Positions 1 through 7,611 of a stretch of DNA of 40,228 bases are shown one piece after another. The notes beneath the pieces were generated by a model. The model saw only the letters and a program-made list of their open reading frames with translations, was not told where the DNA came from and made no database searches. Made by a program: the position numbers and the translations under genes. The stretch covers positions 1-40,228 of IMG/VR virus record IMGVR_UViG_3300048577_000505; one strand, written 5' to 3'. Source of the DNA: a virus (lineage: Duplodnaviria; Caudoviricetes). Positions within the stretch are counted from its first letter, which is position 1, and the number at the start of each line of letters is the position of its first letter.

Positions 1-1221
1 ATGGGCACAAGGACGAACGACCGGATAACACCTAAGGCGCGGGTTTTCTTCCGCGCTTCGGAGGGGAAGTGGGTCTTTGACGGCACGCTCCCCGCCGATG
101 GAAGCGGGAAACGGAAGCGGATACGCAAGAGGTTCGACACCGAGCGCGAGGCGAAGCAGCGGGCAAGGCAATGGCTCGACCACTTCCGCGATCACGGATT
201 GGACGGACAAGTCGATGTCGCGCGCTACCAACAGCTCATGATTCTTTCAGCGCGGCTCTCTGAAATCGGGCGAACGTTGGAGGAGGTGGCGGAGGAAGCT
301 CTATCCGCGGGGCCCATCACGGCCAAGCAGATGACCCTTGAAGACGCCTGCGCGGAGTTCCTTTGCGCCCAGCGAGCCAAGGGGATCGTGAGGCGGTGGG
401 AAAAGGAGCTTGAATGGAGGCTCGACAAGTTCGCCGCGTGCTTCCCCGGATGGACCCTCAGCCAGTTCAAAACCGCCGACATCGAGCGATACCTCGATGG
501 GCTCGGGCCGAACGCCGGAAACCGGAAAAACAACCGCGCGACCCTGCACAGCTTGTGGGTATTCGCCTGCCGCCGCCTCGGCCAGAGATCGAATCCGGTG
601 GACGGGATCGACGTGCCGAGGCTTGGGAGATCGACGCCGGGCACGATCTCGGCGAGGGACTGCAAGCGTCTCTTCCGCTTCCTTGAGCTTCACCGCCCGG
701 ACCTCATCCCGTACAACGCGCTGCGGGCGTTTGGCGGGCTCAGGGAAGCCGAAACGCACAGGCTTACGTGGGACAACATCCGGCACGGCGAGGGAATCTA
801 CATGCCCCCCGAGAACGGCACCCCAGGGCGGAGCAAGCGGAGCGGGTTCGTGGCAGGCCTCCCCGGGAATCTCTGGGCATGGCTGGCTCCGTTCGCCGGG
901 CTCAACGGGCGTGTCGCGAAAACAAACGCGATGCTTGAGACCCGCGAAATCCTGCAACGGCTCAAGATTGATTACCCGCAGAACGGGATGCGGCACAGCT
1001 TCTGCACCTATCACCTTGAGCTCTTCCGCAACCCGGCGGAAACGGCGATGGTAGCGGGGCATAAAGAAAACCCCCGCATGCTCTTCGAGCATTACAGGGG
1101 CTTGCGGGAAAAATCAGAGGCCGAGGCGTATTTTGCGATCAAGCCAGTTCTCCAGTTCGCTCATCGCGTCCATGCCGCATTCCCGGATGGCGATTTCGGA
1201 GCAAGGCTCTCGGCGCGCTAG
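1..1221 (+). CDS. int: Tyrosine recombinase / phage integrase
   Basis: 406 aa; N-terminal arm-binding-like region (GKRKRIRKRFDTEREAK); catalytic R in GLREAE, NGMRHSF (HxxR box with H->N), AGH and catalytic Y in EHYRGL. Confidence 0.93.
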   Translation: MGTRTNDRITPKARVFFRASEGKWVFDGTLPADGSGKRKRIRKRFDTEREAKQRARQWLDHFRDHGLDGQVDVARYQQLMILSARLSEIGRTLEEVAEEALSAGPITAKQMTLEDACAEFLCAQRAKGIVRRWEKELEWRLDKFAACFPGWTLSQFKTADIERYLDGLGPNAGNRKNNRATLHSLWVFACRRLGQRSNPVDGIDVPRLGRSTPGTISARDCKRLFRFLELHRPDLIPYNALRAFGGLREAETHRLTWDNIRHGEGIYMPPENGTPGRSKRSGFVAGLPGNLWAWLAPFAGLNGRVAKTNAMLETREILQRLKIDYPQNGMRHSFCTYHLELFRNPAETAMVAGHKENPRMLFEHYRGLREKSEAEAYFAIKPVLQFAHRVHAAFPDGDFGARLSAR

Positions 1222-1442
1222 TCCTTTTTGTCGTCGTCCGTATCCGCTTTGAGTGGAGCGGCCTTGATGACAAAGTCCTTGTCGCGAGACTGCAAATCCC
1301 GGCGCAAGAGGCTCTGTACATAGCCAGAGAAGCTCATACCAAGCTCGTTTGCTCGCGCGTGAGCCAGCGCACCCAGCTCAGGGTCGAGCGAAACCCCCTT
1401 TGTTCGCGTCAAGCGACCTTCATCTGACTTATTTCGCGTCAT
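1218..1442 (-). CDS. Ribbon-helix-helix DNA-binding protein (RHH-1), candidate repressor
   Basis: 74 aa from ATG at 1442; RTKGVSLDPELGALAHARANELGMSFSGYVQSLLRRDL fits the Arc/CopG beta-helix-helix pattern; A-rich leader. Confidence 0.8.
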   Translation of the reverse strand: MTRNKSDEGRLTRTKGVSLDPELGALAHARANELGMSFSGYVQSLLRRDLQSRDKDFVIKAAPLKADTDDDKKD

Positions 1443-1460
1443 CGTCGTTATTCTGTTTTG

Positions 1461-1493
1461 TTTACGGTATGCAAAAAAATGCAACAACGTCAA
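1461..1493 (-). promoter_or_regulatory. Leftward promoter for RHH-1 with an operator half-site
   Basis: Minus strand TTGACG (1493-1488)-N18-TACCGT (1469-1464); TGCATACCGTAAA (1473-1461) is identical to 4037-4049 and 13926-13938. Confidence 0.6.
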
Positions 1494-1598
1494 GCAAAAA
1501 TACATTATTTAGTGCACCGGTATCTATTTCTTGCACATTTTTGCATACGCGTGCACAAAATTCTTTACAGATCGATACGGTTGTCATTCTATGGACAC

Positions 1599-1793
1599 AT
1601 GCAAACCACTACCACCGAAACCACGATTGGCCGCCCGCGTGGCGGGCGCTCGAAGCACACGTACGGCGTGAGCATGACGTCCGAAATGATTCACGCTATC
1701 AACGAGATCGCGAAGGCGGAAGACATCTCGGGGAGCCAGTTCATCCGCCGCTGCATCAACAAGGAGCTGGAGGCTCGGGCCAAGCGCAATTGA
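1599..1793 (+). CDS. Ribbon-helix-helix DNA-binding protein (RHH-2), in Cro-like position
   Basis: 64 aa; KHTYGVSMTSEMIHAINEIAKAEDISGSQFIRRCINKEL is an RHH pattern; divergent from RHH-1. Confidence 0.78.
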   Translation: MQTTTTETTIGRPRGGRSKHTYGVSMTSEMIHAINEIAKAEDISGSQFIRRCINKELEARAKRN

Positions 1794-1804
1794 CCCATCA
1801 CGAT

Positions 1805-2311
1805 CTAGAGCTGGCAAAGGACGATCTCGCGAACCTCCCCGTCGGCAATCTCGACCGGTATCCCAACGAGCCCGCCCTGTAGCGTTGAAGGATACCCACC
1901 GTACCACGTCACTTCGGTGCGTACGTAATATTTCCCAGCGGGTAAATTCTTGAACGTAAACCTTCCCTCCGCATCGGCTACGGTTTGGCGGCGGGCCTTC
2001 AAGAAGGCTGCGGACGGAGGCGTAAGAGCCCTCCACTTCCAAGTATGCCCTGCCTTGCCCCACCATTCGTTACCAATGGTCGTTGCCGGATCGAGCTGAA
2101 CCGTTTGCCCTGCGGCAACGACGACACCGCCACCGATCTGCGTCAAAAACGCTTGGCCACGCAGTGTGGCAGTTCCGGAGGCGAAGAAAGGCTCATATTC
2201 CCGTTCGAGAGTGTCGGTCACAGCGTTCCATTCCGGAGGCGGAATCTCCGGCTGCGTCGGTATTGCGCAAGCAGTGAGAAGAAGGGACAAGGCGCAGAGA
2301 ATATGCTTCAT
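1805..2311 (-). CDS. Lipoprotein with carboxypeptidase-regulatory-like (transthyretin-like beta-sandwich) domain
   Basis: MKHILCALSLLLTAC signal with lipobox LTAC; TVADAEGRFTFKNLPAGKYYV motif. Confidence 0.8.
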   Translation of the reverse strand: MKHILCALSLLLTACAIPTQPEIPPPEWNAVTDTLEREYEPFFASGTATLRGQAFLTQIGGGVVVAAGQTVQLDPATTIGNEWWGKAGHTWKWRALTPPSAAFLKARRQTVADAEGRFTFKNLPAGKYYVRTEVTWYGGYPSTLQGGLVGIPVEIADGEVREIVLCQL

Positions 2312-2339
2312 AATATTTGCCTTTGTTTCGCACAAATTA

Positions 2340-2579
2340 TCAGCCCTTATCAACGGTCCGCAAGCAAACTCCGTCTTCCCCGATGAAATCGATCCCGGAT
2401 TTTTCTAAGGCCGCGCGAAGCGCATCCAGAATCAGGGGCTTGGGAGTGATCTTTCCTGTCTCAAATCTCTGGATTGTTCCTACGCTGACTTTTGACGCTC
2501 TCGCTAAATCAGCGCTCTTCATCCCGAGCATCGCACGGGCTGCCACACATTGTTTTGGCCTTAACATGCCTTGTGTCAT
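2340..2579 (-). CDS. XRE-family helix-turn-helix regulator
   Basis: QCVAARAMLGMKSADLARASKVSVGTIQRFETG...LRAALEKSGIDFI, typical small XRE protein; start could be 2567 or 2579; no peptidase domain. Confidence 0.88.
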   Translation of the reverse strand: MTQGMLRPKQCVAARAMLGMKSADLARASKVSVGTIQRFETGKITPKPLILDALRAALEKSGIDFIGEDGVCLRTVDKG

Positions 2580-2631
2580 GGCACTCTTTCCGGCGTCGCG
2601 CAACAAAAAAATCTTTTCTACAATAAAATGC

Positions 2632-2659
2632 TTGCGCGAATCAAAAAAGTGCTTACGCT
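2632..2659 (+). promoter_or_regulatory. Putative rightward sigma70-type promoter of early operon
   Basis: TTGCGC (2632-2637)-N16-TACGCT (2654-2659) in an AT-rich gap upstream of ATG 2695. Confidence 0.4.
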
Positions 2660-2694
2660 GCGTTTTTGTTGAAAGTTAACGTTCCTTTGATCCC

Positions 2695-2859
2695 ATGAAA
2701 CAGAACTACTCCACACGCAGGACCAACAAGGTATTCCTGCCGGTTGAACTCGTCCGCGCTTACGAGCGCGGAGCCAAAGCCGCGGGCACGACGGTGTCCG
2801 CGATCGTAGAAGACTTGATCCGCGCCGACCTCCGTTCGTGCGGGATGCTCACGAGGTAG
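2695..2859 (+). CDS. Ribbon-helix-helix protein (RHH-3), absent from the ORF track
   Basis: Manual translation, 54 aa: MKQNYSTRRTNKVFLPVELVRAYERGAKAAGTTVSAIVEDLIRADLRSCGMLTR. Confidence 0.7.
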   Translation: MKQNYSTRRTNKVFLPVELVRAYERGAKAAGTTVSAIVEDLIRADLRSCGMLTR

Positions 2860-2863
2860 CACA

Positions 2864-3085
2864 ATGCCACAGCCACCCGAATGCGCACCGGTCTCCTACC
2901 CGCCGACGCTCTCGATCGACGAGGCGGCCCAGGTGCTGGGCTACCGGGGCCGCAGGACGCTCTACCGGCTCGTCCAAGACGGGACGCTCGTGCCTCTGCC
3001 CCACCCCAAAAAGCCGTTCCATTTCAGCACCCAAAAGGTGCTTGCCGTCCGCGACGGAAAACCCGCGCGGAAGTTTCAGGACTAA
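2864..3085 (+). CDS. Excisionase-like HTH (HTH_17/MerR-like) DNA-binding protein
   Basis: TLSIDEAAQVLGYRGRRTLYRLVQDGTL motif. Confidence 0.8.
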   Translation: MPQPPECAPVSYPPTLSIDEAAQVLGYRGRRTLYRLVQDGTLVPLPHPKKPFHFSTQKVLAVRDGKPARKFQD

Positions 3086-3117
3086 CAAAAAGGGCCGCAG
3101 GAGCGAACCTGCGACCC
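3084..3117 (-). terminator. Putative intrinsic terminator for minus-strand transcription
   Basis: Minus strand GGGTCGCAGG-ttcgct-CCTGCGGCCC (10-bp stem with one G-U) followed by TTTTTGTT. Confidence 0.55.
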
Positions 3118-3133
3118 AGCACAAAATAACGAC

Positions 3134-3883
3134 ATGGACACGAAAGAAGATAATCAGCCCGGAGTCAAGGCAATAGACCGGGCCATGTCCGAGATTTTCG
3201 CGGACGTGAAGGCCATCGAGAAGGCGAAGGAGAACAAGTTTTTCCATTTCAAGTTTCGCGGCATCGATGACGTTTACGCCGCGCTTCATCCGCTCTTTGC
3301 GGAGCACAAAGTTTTCCTCAGGGTCGAGATTCTCGAACACCTCACGGAGGACCGGAACACAAAGGAAGGTGTGACGCTGCATCACATCGTCAAGGTGCGG
3401 TTTAGCTTCCGCAGTGGCGAGGACGGAAGCGAGCTTTCGTCCGTGGCGATCGGCGAGGCGTCCGACACCGGCGACAAGGGAGCCACGAAAGCGATGTCCA
3501 TCGCTCTGAAATACCTCATGTTTCAGACGTTCCTCATCCCCGTCGATAATCCGGCAGACGATGCTGACAACGACAGCCCCGTTTTTCAGGGCCCCGCGTC
3601 ACGCTCAGCGGCTCCTGCCGCACCCACGGCGCAAAAGCCCTCCGCAGGCCCGTCAGCGCCCGCGAAACCGGCAAATCCGGGGGATACCATCATCCACTTC
3701 GGGAAGAACAGGGGAGCGCGTTTGTGCGACCTCAAGGCCGCTTCGGTCGAGTGGTACGCTTACGACTGGGAATTGAAGAGCGAAGCCAGCGACGAGGACC
3801 GGAGACTCAGGAAAGCCGCGATCGACTACCTGGACGAACTCGCCGCAAGCGCCCCGGCGGACGACGACAACCCGAAATACTGA
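3134..3883 (+). CDS. erf: ERF-family single-strand annealing protein with C-terminal FGK-motif domain
   Basis: FKFRGIDDVYAALHPLFAEHKV, GEASDTGDKGATKAMSIALKYLMFQTFLIP, DDAD; P/A linker then DTIIHFGKNRGARLCDL. Confidence 0.85.
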   Translation: MDTKEDNQPGVKAIDRAMSEIFADVKAIEKAKENKFFHFKFRGIDDVYAALHPLFAEHKVFLRVEILEHLTEDRNTKEGVTLHHIVKVRFSFRSGEDGSELSSVAIGEASDTGDKGATKAMSIALKYLMFQTFLIPVDNPADDADNDSPVFQGPASRSAAPAAPTAQKPSAGPSAPAKPANPGDTIIHFGKNRGARLCDLKAASVEWYAYDWELKSEASDEDRRLRKAAIDYLDELAASAPADDDNPKY

Positions 3884-3894
3884 GGAGCAATCTC

Positions 3895-4029
3895 ATGGAC
3901 CCGATCCAAAACGTCCATCCCTCACAGCGCCCCTTCTCGGGGAGCTTCCGCGATCCGCTCCCCATTTCCGCGATCCGCGTGGTGAGCGACTTCCCGACCA
4001 CCCCGAAAAATCAGAGTCAATTTTTTTGA
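3895..4029 (+). CDS. Small hypothetical protein (44 aa)
   Basis: GAGGAG just upstream of ATG; fills the gap after erf; stop overlaps the next -35 box. Confidence 0.3.
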   Translation: MDPIQNVHPSQRPFSGSFRDPLPISAIRVVSDFPTTPKNQSQFF

Positions 4030-4061
4030 CAATTTGTGCATACCGTAAAGAATGGTATGCA
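4026..4061 (+). promoter_or_regulatory. Promoter overlapped by 25-bp palindromic operator
   Basis: TTGACA 4026-4031, AAGAAT 4048-4053; TGCATACCGT-AAAGA-ATGGTATGCA at 4037-4061. Confidence 0.75.
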
Positions 4062-4081
4062 GAAAAAAGCACAAATAACGC

Positions 4082-4810
4082 ATGAAAGACAACACGTATA
4101 TATTCGACATCGAGACCGGCCCGCGCGACTTGGGGACGATCCTCAGCTTCACGGACCTCGACAATCTCGCGACCGGGAACCTCAAGGATCCCGACAAAAT
4201 CGCCGCCAAGCGTGAGGAGGCCCGCGCCAAGGCCATCGAGCGCGCGGCGCTCTCAGCCATCACCGGAGAGGTCGTCGCCATCGGCTGGATGAACCCGGAC
4301 GGGACAACCGAAATCTGGGACGCCATCACGGAAGGCGAGGAGGCGATCCTCCGCCGTTTCTGGAAGTTCGTGGACCCGCAGTGCCGGGCGGCCTATGGCG
4401 ACCCGTGCCGCGTCTTCGCGGGCTGGAACATCCACGGATTCGACCTCCCGATGCTCATGCAGCGCAGCTTTTTCCACGGGGTCAAAGTCCCGGAGGATGT
4501 CATCAACGGGCGGTACTTCAACCGCCGCTTCGTTGACCTGATGCAGTTTTTCACCTGCGGCGTTTACGGCTCCTTCCAGAGCCTCGACACGGTAGCCCGC
4601 TTCCTCGGCTTCGAGGGCAAGTGCATCGATGGAATCGAGGGCAAGACGTTCGCCAACTTCTGGCGCGATGTGGAGCATCCCGAGCGCCGGGAGAAGGCCC
4701 GCGAGTACCTCACGAACGACCTGGTTCAGACGCGGCGCGTTGCCGAGCGTCTCCTTGGTCTCCCGCGCGTCGATCTGGCTGTGAATGCGAAGGAGATGGC
4801 CAATGCCTAA
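4082..4810 (+). CDS. DEDD 3'-5' exonuclease (PolB-exonuclease-related, RNase H fold)
   Basis: ExoI YIFDIETG, ExoII GWNIHGFDLPML, ExoIII EYLTNDL. Confidence 0.85.
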   Translation: MKDNTYIFDIETGPRDLGTILSFTDLDNLATGNLKDPDKIAAKREEARAKAIERAALSAITGEVVAIGWMNPDGTTEIWDAITEGEEAILRRFWKFVDPQCRAAYGDPCRVFAGWNIHGFDLPMLMQRSFFHGVKVPEDVINGRYFNRRFVDLMQFFTCGVYGSFQSLDTVARFLGFEGKCIDGIEGKTFANFWRDVEHPERREKAREYLTNDLVQTRRVAERLLGLPRVDLAVNAKEMANA

Positions 4811-5279
4811 GGTAGCTACCGAATTGGTGCAGAGGGTACTCCAGCGCAACGAGCTAGATATTCGTCTCGTCTCCCAGATCATGGAAGATCTCAAAGATGG
4901 GGCCGCTGCCGAGGAGGAGGAGAAGGTTCCCCCGGTGAAGAAGCAGTTTGTCATCCTCGTTTCCGACCCGCACGGCGAACTGGAGGGCAAGGACTTCGTC
5001 GGATGGGTGCTGCAAATCCCCGAGGACGAGAGCCCGATGACGACCGAGGATCGCCTCGTCCGCAGCGCCTACGAGTTCAACATCACCCCGAAGGGTCGTC
5101 GCCTGCCGGTGAAGACGATCCCCGAGGTGTGCGAACACGTGCCCGCGCGCATAACCAAGGAAGCGGGTATTTGGATCAAGACGAAGGAGCCCGTTTACGT
5201 CCTGCGCACCGGCGGCAAGGTGCCGCTCGACGAGATCAAGAAGCTCCGCGCCAAGGAGCACGACGAGCCCGAAGCCTAG
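4803..5279 (+). CDS. Hypothetical protein (158 aa)
   Basis: Overlaps the exonuclease stop; GC3-rich codon usage; KKQFVILVSDP...GWVLQIPEDESP core. Confidence 0.8.
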   Translation: MPKVATELVQRVLQRNELDIRLVSQIMEDLKDGAAAEEEEKVPPVKKQFVILVSDPHGELEGKDFVGWVLQIPEDESPMTTEDRLVRSAYEFNITPKGRRLPVKTIPEVCEHVPARITKEAGIWIKTKEPVYVLRTGGKVPLDEIKKLRAKEHDEPEA

Positions 5280-5290
5280 AACCATCACAC

Positions 5291-5330
5291 GCCCCTCCCT
5301 CGTCGTGCAAGGCGGGGAGGGGCTTATTCA
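5291..5330 (+). terminator. GC-rich hairpin, possible terminator/attenuator before the replication genes
   Basis: GCCCCTCCC (5291-5299) pairs with GGGAGGGGC (5315-5323) plus 4 inner pairs; followed by TTATTC (weak U tract). Confidence 0.5.
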
Positions 5331-5349
5331 AACCAACATCACACCGCTC

Positions 5350-6252
5350 ATGCCCACACGCCTCATACGCGAAGGTTTCCTCGATTCAGAGCGCGTCAAC
5401 ACCCTGACGGCCCCGGCTGAATGCTTCTATCATCGGCTACTCTTAGCCGCCGACGATTACGGACGCTTCGATGCCCGGGCACAATGGCTGCGATCACGCC
5501 TCTGGCCGGTCAAGGAAGACGTTCGCGCAAAGGACGTGGAGACATGGCTTGCGGACAGCGTCAATGCGGGCCTTGTCCAGATCTACAACGTGGACGGCAA
5601 GGATTACGGGCTGATCCTGAACTACGGCCAGCGGATCCAAAGCAAGAAAAGCAAGTTTCCGGAACCCACCGTGAACAACAGTGAAACACCGAAGATAACG
5701 GAAATCCACGGTGAATCACCGTGTTCCACCGTTGAAAACCGTGAAGCACGGAAATCCACGGCTCTATCCGGAGACGGAGACGGATGCGGAGACGGAGACG
5801 GAGACGGAGACGGAGAACCCCCCATAGCCCCCCTGCCGGGGGGCGGGTCGGGCAAAGGACCTGTTTCTCCTTCTGCACATTCCAAAGCCCCAGCCGGAAA
5901 TCCGGAAGACGAGTCCCGGCGCAAGGACGTTGCTCGACGCCTGAATGAGCTTTACCGCCGACGCGAGGCGACGCGTTGGTCGGAGCGCGAGGTCCGTGCG
6001 ATGCGCAAGATTTGGCCGGTCTCAGAGGAAGACCTTTCGCTCATAGAGGCCTACTACACGGCGGCGATTTTGCCCGACAAAGACATCCGGCGCCGCGACC
6101 TTCTCACCTTGCTCAACAATTGGCCGGGGGAGGTTGATCGGGCACGGAAATGGGCGGATGGCCCTCGGTCTGAGTCTGTGAGGATGTTTGGCTCGGGAAC
6201 ATGGGAAGATGCGCAGCGCCGGGCGCGCGGAGAAGATGGAGGTGAGGCGTGA
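5350..6252 (+). CDS. Phage replication initiator (replisome organizer / lambda O-like)
   Basis: N-terminal MPTRLIREGFLDSERVNTL...FYHRLLLAADDYGRF winged-helix type region; low-complexity middle with DNA repeats; directly upstream of DnaC-like gene. Confidence 0.8.
   Translation: MPTRLIREGFLDSERVNTLTAPAECFYHRLLLAADDYGRFDARAQWLRSRLWPVKEDVRAKDVETWLADSVNAGLVQIYNVDGKDYGLILNYGQRIQSKKSKFPEPTVNNSETPKITEIHGESPCSTVENREARKSTALSGDGDGCGDGDGDGDGEPPIAPLPGGGSGKGPVSPSAHSKAPAGNPEDESRRKDVARRLNELYRRREATRWSEREVRAMRKIWPVSEEDLSLIEAYYTAAILPDKDIRRRDLLTLLNNWPGEVDRARKWADGPRSESVRMFGSGTWEDAQRRARGEDGGEA
5661..5760 (+). repeat. Ten degenerate tandem 10-bp repeats, putative replication-origin iterons
   Basis: ggaacccacc gtgaacaaca gtgaaacacc gaagataacg gaaatccacg gtgaatcacc gtgttccacc gttgaaaacc gtgaagcacg gaaatccacg; ACGGAAATCCACGG at 5698 and 5748. 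Confidence 0.75.
5770..5817 (+). repeat. GGAGAC hexamer microsatellite (8 units, 6 perfect) encoding GDGDGCGDGDGDGDGE
   Basis: Directly visible tandem repeat. Confidence 0.9.
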
Positions 6253-7127
6253 ACGCGGTGCGAGATGTTCAGTTGATGGACGGGACACGCAAGCGCGTCA
6301 TCGTAGATGGGACCGTCGATCCCGTGCGCCCGATGGACGCGATTGCCCGCAGGGCGAGGCGCCAGGTATCCGGCCCGTTGCTCACGGACTACGACCCCGA
6401 GAATCCAGCGCACACCCGGCAGGTGCCGGTGACTTGCCGCCGATGCGGAGCCACCTACCAGCTTGACGCGTTCTTTGCCGAGATGTTCGGCGGCGGCCTC
6501 TGTGACGCCTGCGGGCGCGCCGTGAAGGAGGAAGAGGAGCGTGCCAGGCACGCCACGTCGCAGAGCCCAGAAGATCGGTTCATGCGCATCGCCCCGAAGG
6601 CGTTTTTCACCGGGGACACGAAGACAAACCCGAAGCGCCGGGGCTTCCCCCGCGAGGCGCTGGAGCGGGCCCTGCGATGGAACCCCACGGGCATGGACCT
6701 TCTCATTTGCGGGCCGTCTGGAGCGGGGAAGAGCCGCGTCCTGTGGGAGCTTCTGCACGTCCTCATGGTTGGGGATTGTCTCGACGTGGAAATCCTACAG
6801 GGCGGCGACTTTCGGCAGCGCATGATCGAGGCGTACCGCGCATCGAGGTCTGAACTCGTGATCGACCGGCTCTCGCGGGCCCCGGTCCTCGCATGGGACG
6901 ACTTCGGGCAGGATTCGCTCGGGCCGGGCATGGAGACCGACCTTCGCGCCGTGATCGATTACCGGTACCGAGAGTGTATGCCAATGCTTTTCACAACGCA
7001 GTTCGAGACAGACACGCTGGCTGTCCGCCTCGCCGGCGCCGACGTGGCCCGTCGCGAGGTGTGCGCATCGATAGTGCGGAGAATCATTGAGCGCTGCGAG
7101 CTCATCAGGATTGGGGGTGCGAAGTGA
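6249..7127 (+). CDS. DnaC/IstB-like AAA+ helicase loader
   Basis: Zn-finger CRRC...CDAC, Walker A GPSGAGKS, Walker B VLAWDDFG, IDYRY, FTTQ; GTG start overlapping the upstream stop. Confidence 0.88.
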   Translation: MNAVRDVQLMDGTRKRVIVDGTVDPVRPMDAIARRARRQVSGPLLTDYDPENPAHTRQVPVTCRRCGATYQLDAFFAEMFGGGLCDACGRAVKEEEERARHATSQSPEDRFMRIAPKAFFTGDTKTNPKRRGFPREALERALRWNPTGMDLLICGPSGAGKSRVLWELLHVLMVGDCLDVEILQGGDFRQRMIEAYRASRSELVIDRLSRAPVLAWDDFGQDSLGPGMETDLRAVIDYRYRECMPMLFTTQFETDTLAVRLAGADVARREVCASIVRRIIERCELIRIGGAK

Positions 7128-7588
7128 GCCGCAACGCGGTCAACGAAGACTGGCTCCGTGCTCACGGATACGGTCCCAACGGGCGGGGAGGATGGAAGAA
7201 GGTGGCGGCAAATCCGGCGGCGCCCATCCAGCCCCCGTTGTTTCCCACGCCAGCGGCGAAGGTCAGCGCGGTCAACGCGCCCGGAAAGCGGATGAACAAG
7301 CTGGAGGCGCGGTACGCGGCGTTCCTCGACGTTCAGAAGTCCGCCGGGATCCTCGCGCGCTGGGACTTCGAGCCCGAGAAGCTGCGGCTCGCCGATGGGT
7401 CCTACTACATCCCCGACTTCCGCATCGTCTGGCCGGACGGGAGCATCACTTTCGACGAGACCAAGGGCTTCTGGCGCGACGACGCGCGCACGAAAATCAA
7501 GGTTGCCGCAGCCCTCCACCCCTACCGCTTCCGCGCGGTGCGCTGGGTGCAAGGATCGTGGTCCTACGAAGACTTTTCCGCCGCCTAG
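7124..7588 (+). CDS. PD-(D/E)XK nuclease (DUF1064-like)
   Basis: MNKLEARYAAFL...YYIPDFRIV...FDETKGFWRDDARTKIK. Confidence 0.8.
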   Translation: MSRNAVNEDWLRAHGYGPNGRGGWKKVAANPAAPIQPPLFPTPAAKVSAVNAPGKRMNKLEARYAAFLDVQKSAGILARWDFEPEKLRLADGSYYIPDFRIVWPDGSITFDETKGFWRDDARTKIKVAAALHPYRFRAVRWVQGSWSYEDFSAA

Positions 7589-7611
7589 CGGCACAACACA
7601 AAACGACGACA

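Noticed and set aside
982-996. Integrase HxxR box reads NGMRH, possible inactivation
   Set aside because: The first His is variable among tyrosine recombinases; both Arg residues, the second His and the Tyr are present and the ORF is intact
5661-5817. Repeats as a CRISPR array or DGR template
   Set aside because: No 23-50 bp repeats with unique spacers, no cas genes, no reverse transcriptase; repeats are contiguous and intragenic
7087-7611. 616-aa version of the SMC-like ORF
   Set aside because: Extension overlaps the nuclease gene in another frame; the ATPase beta-strand and an A/C-rich leader point to ATG 7612
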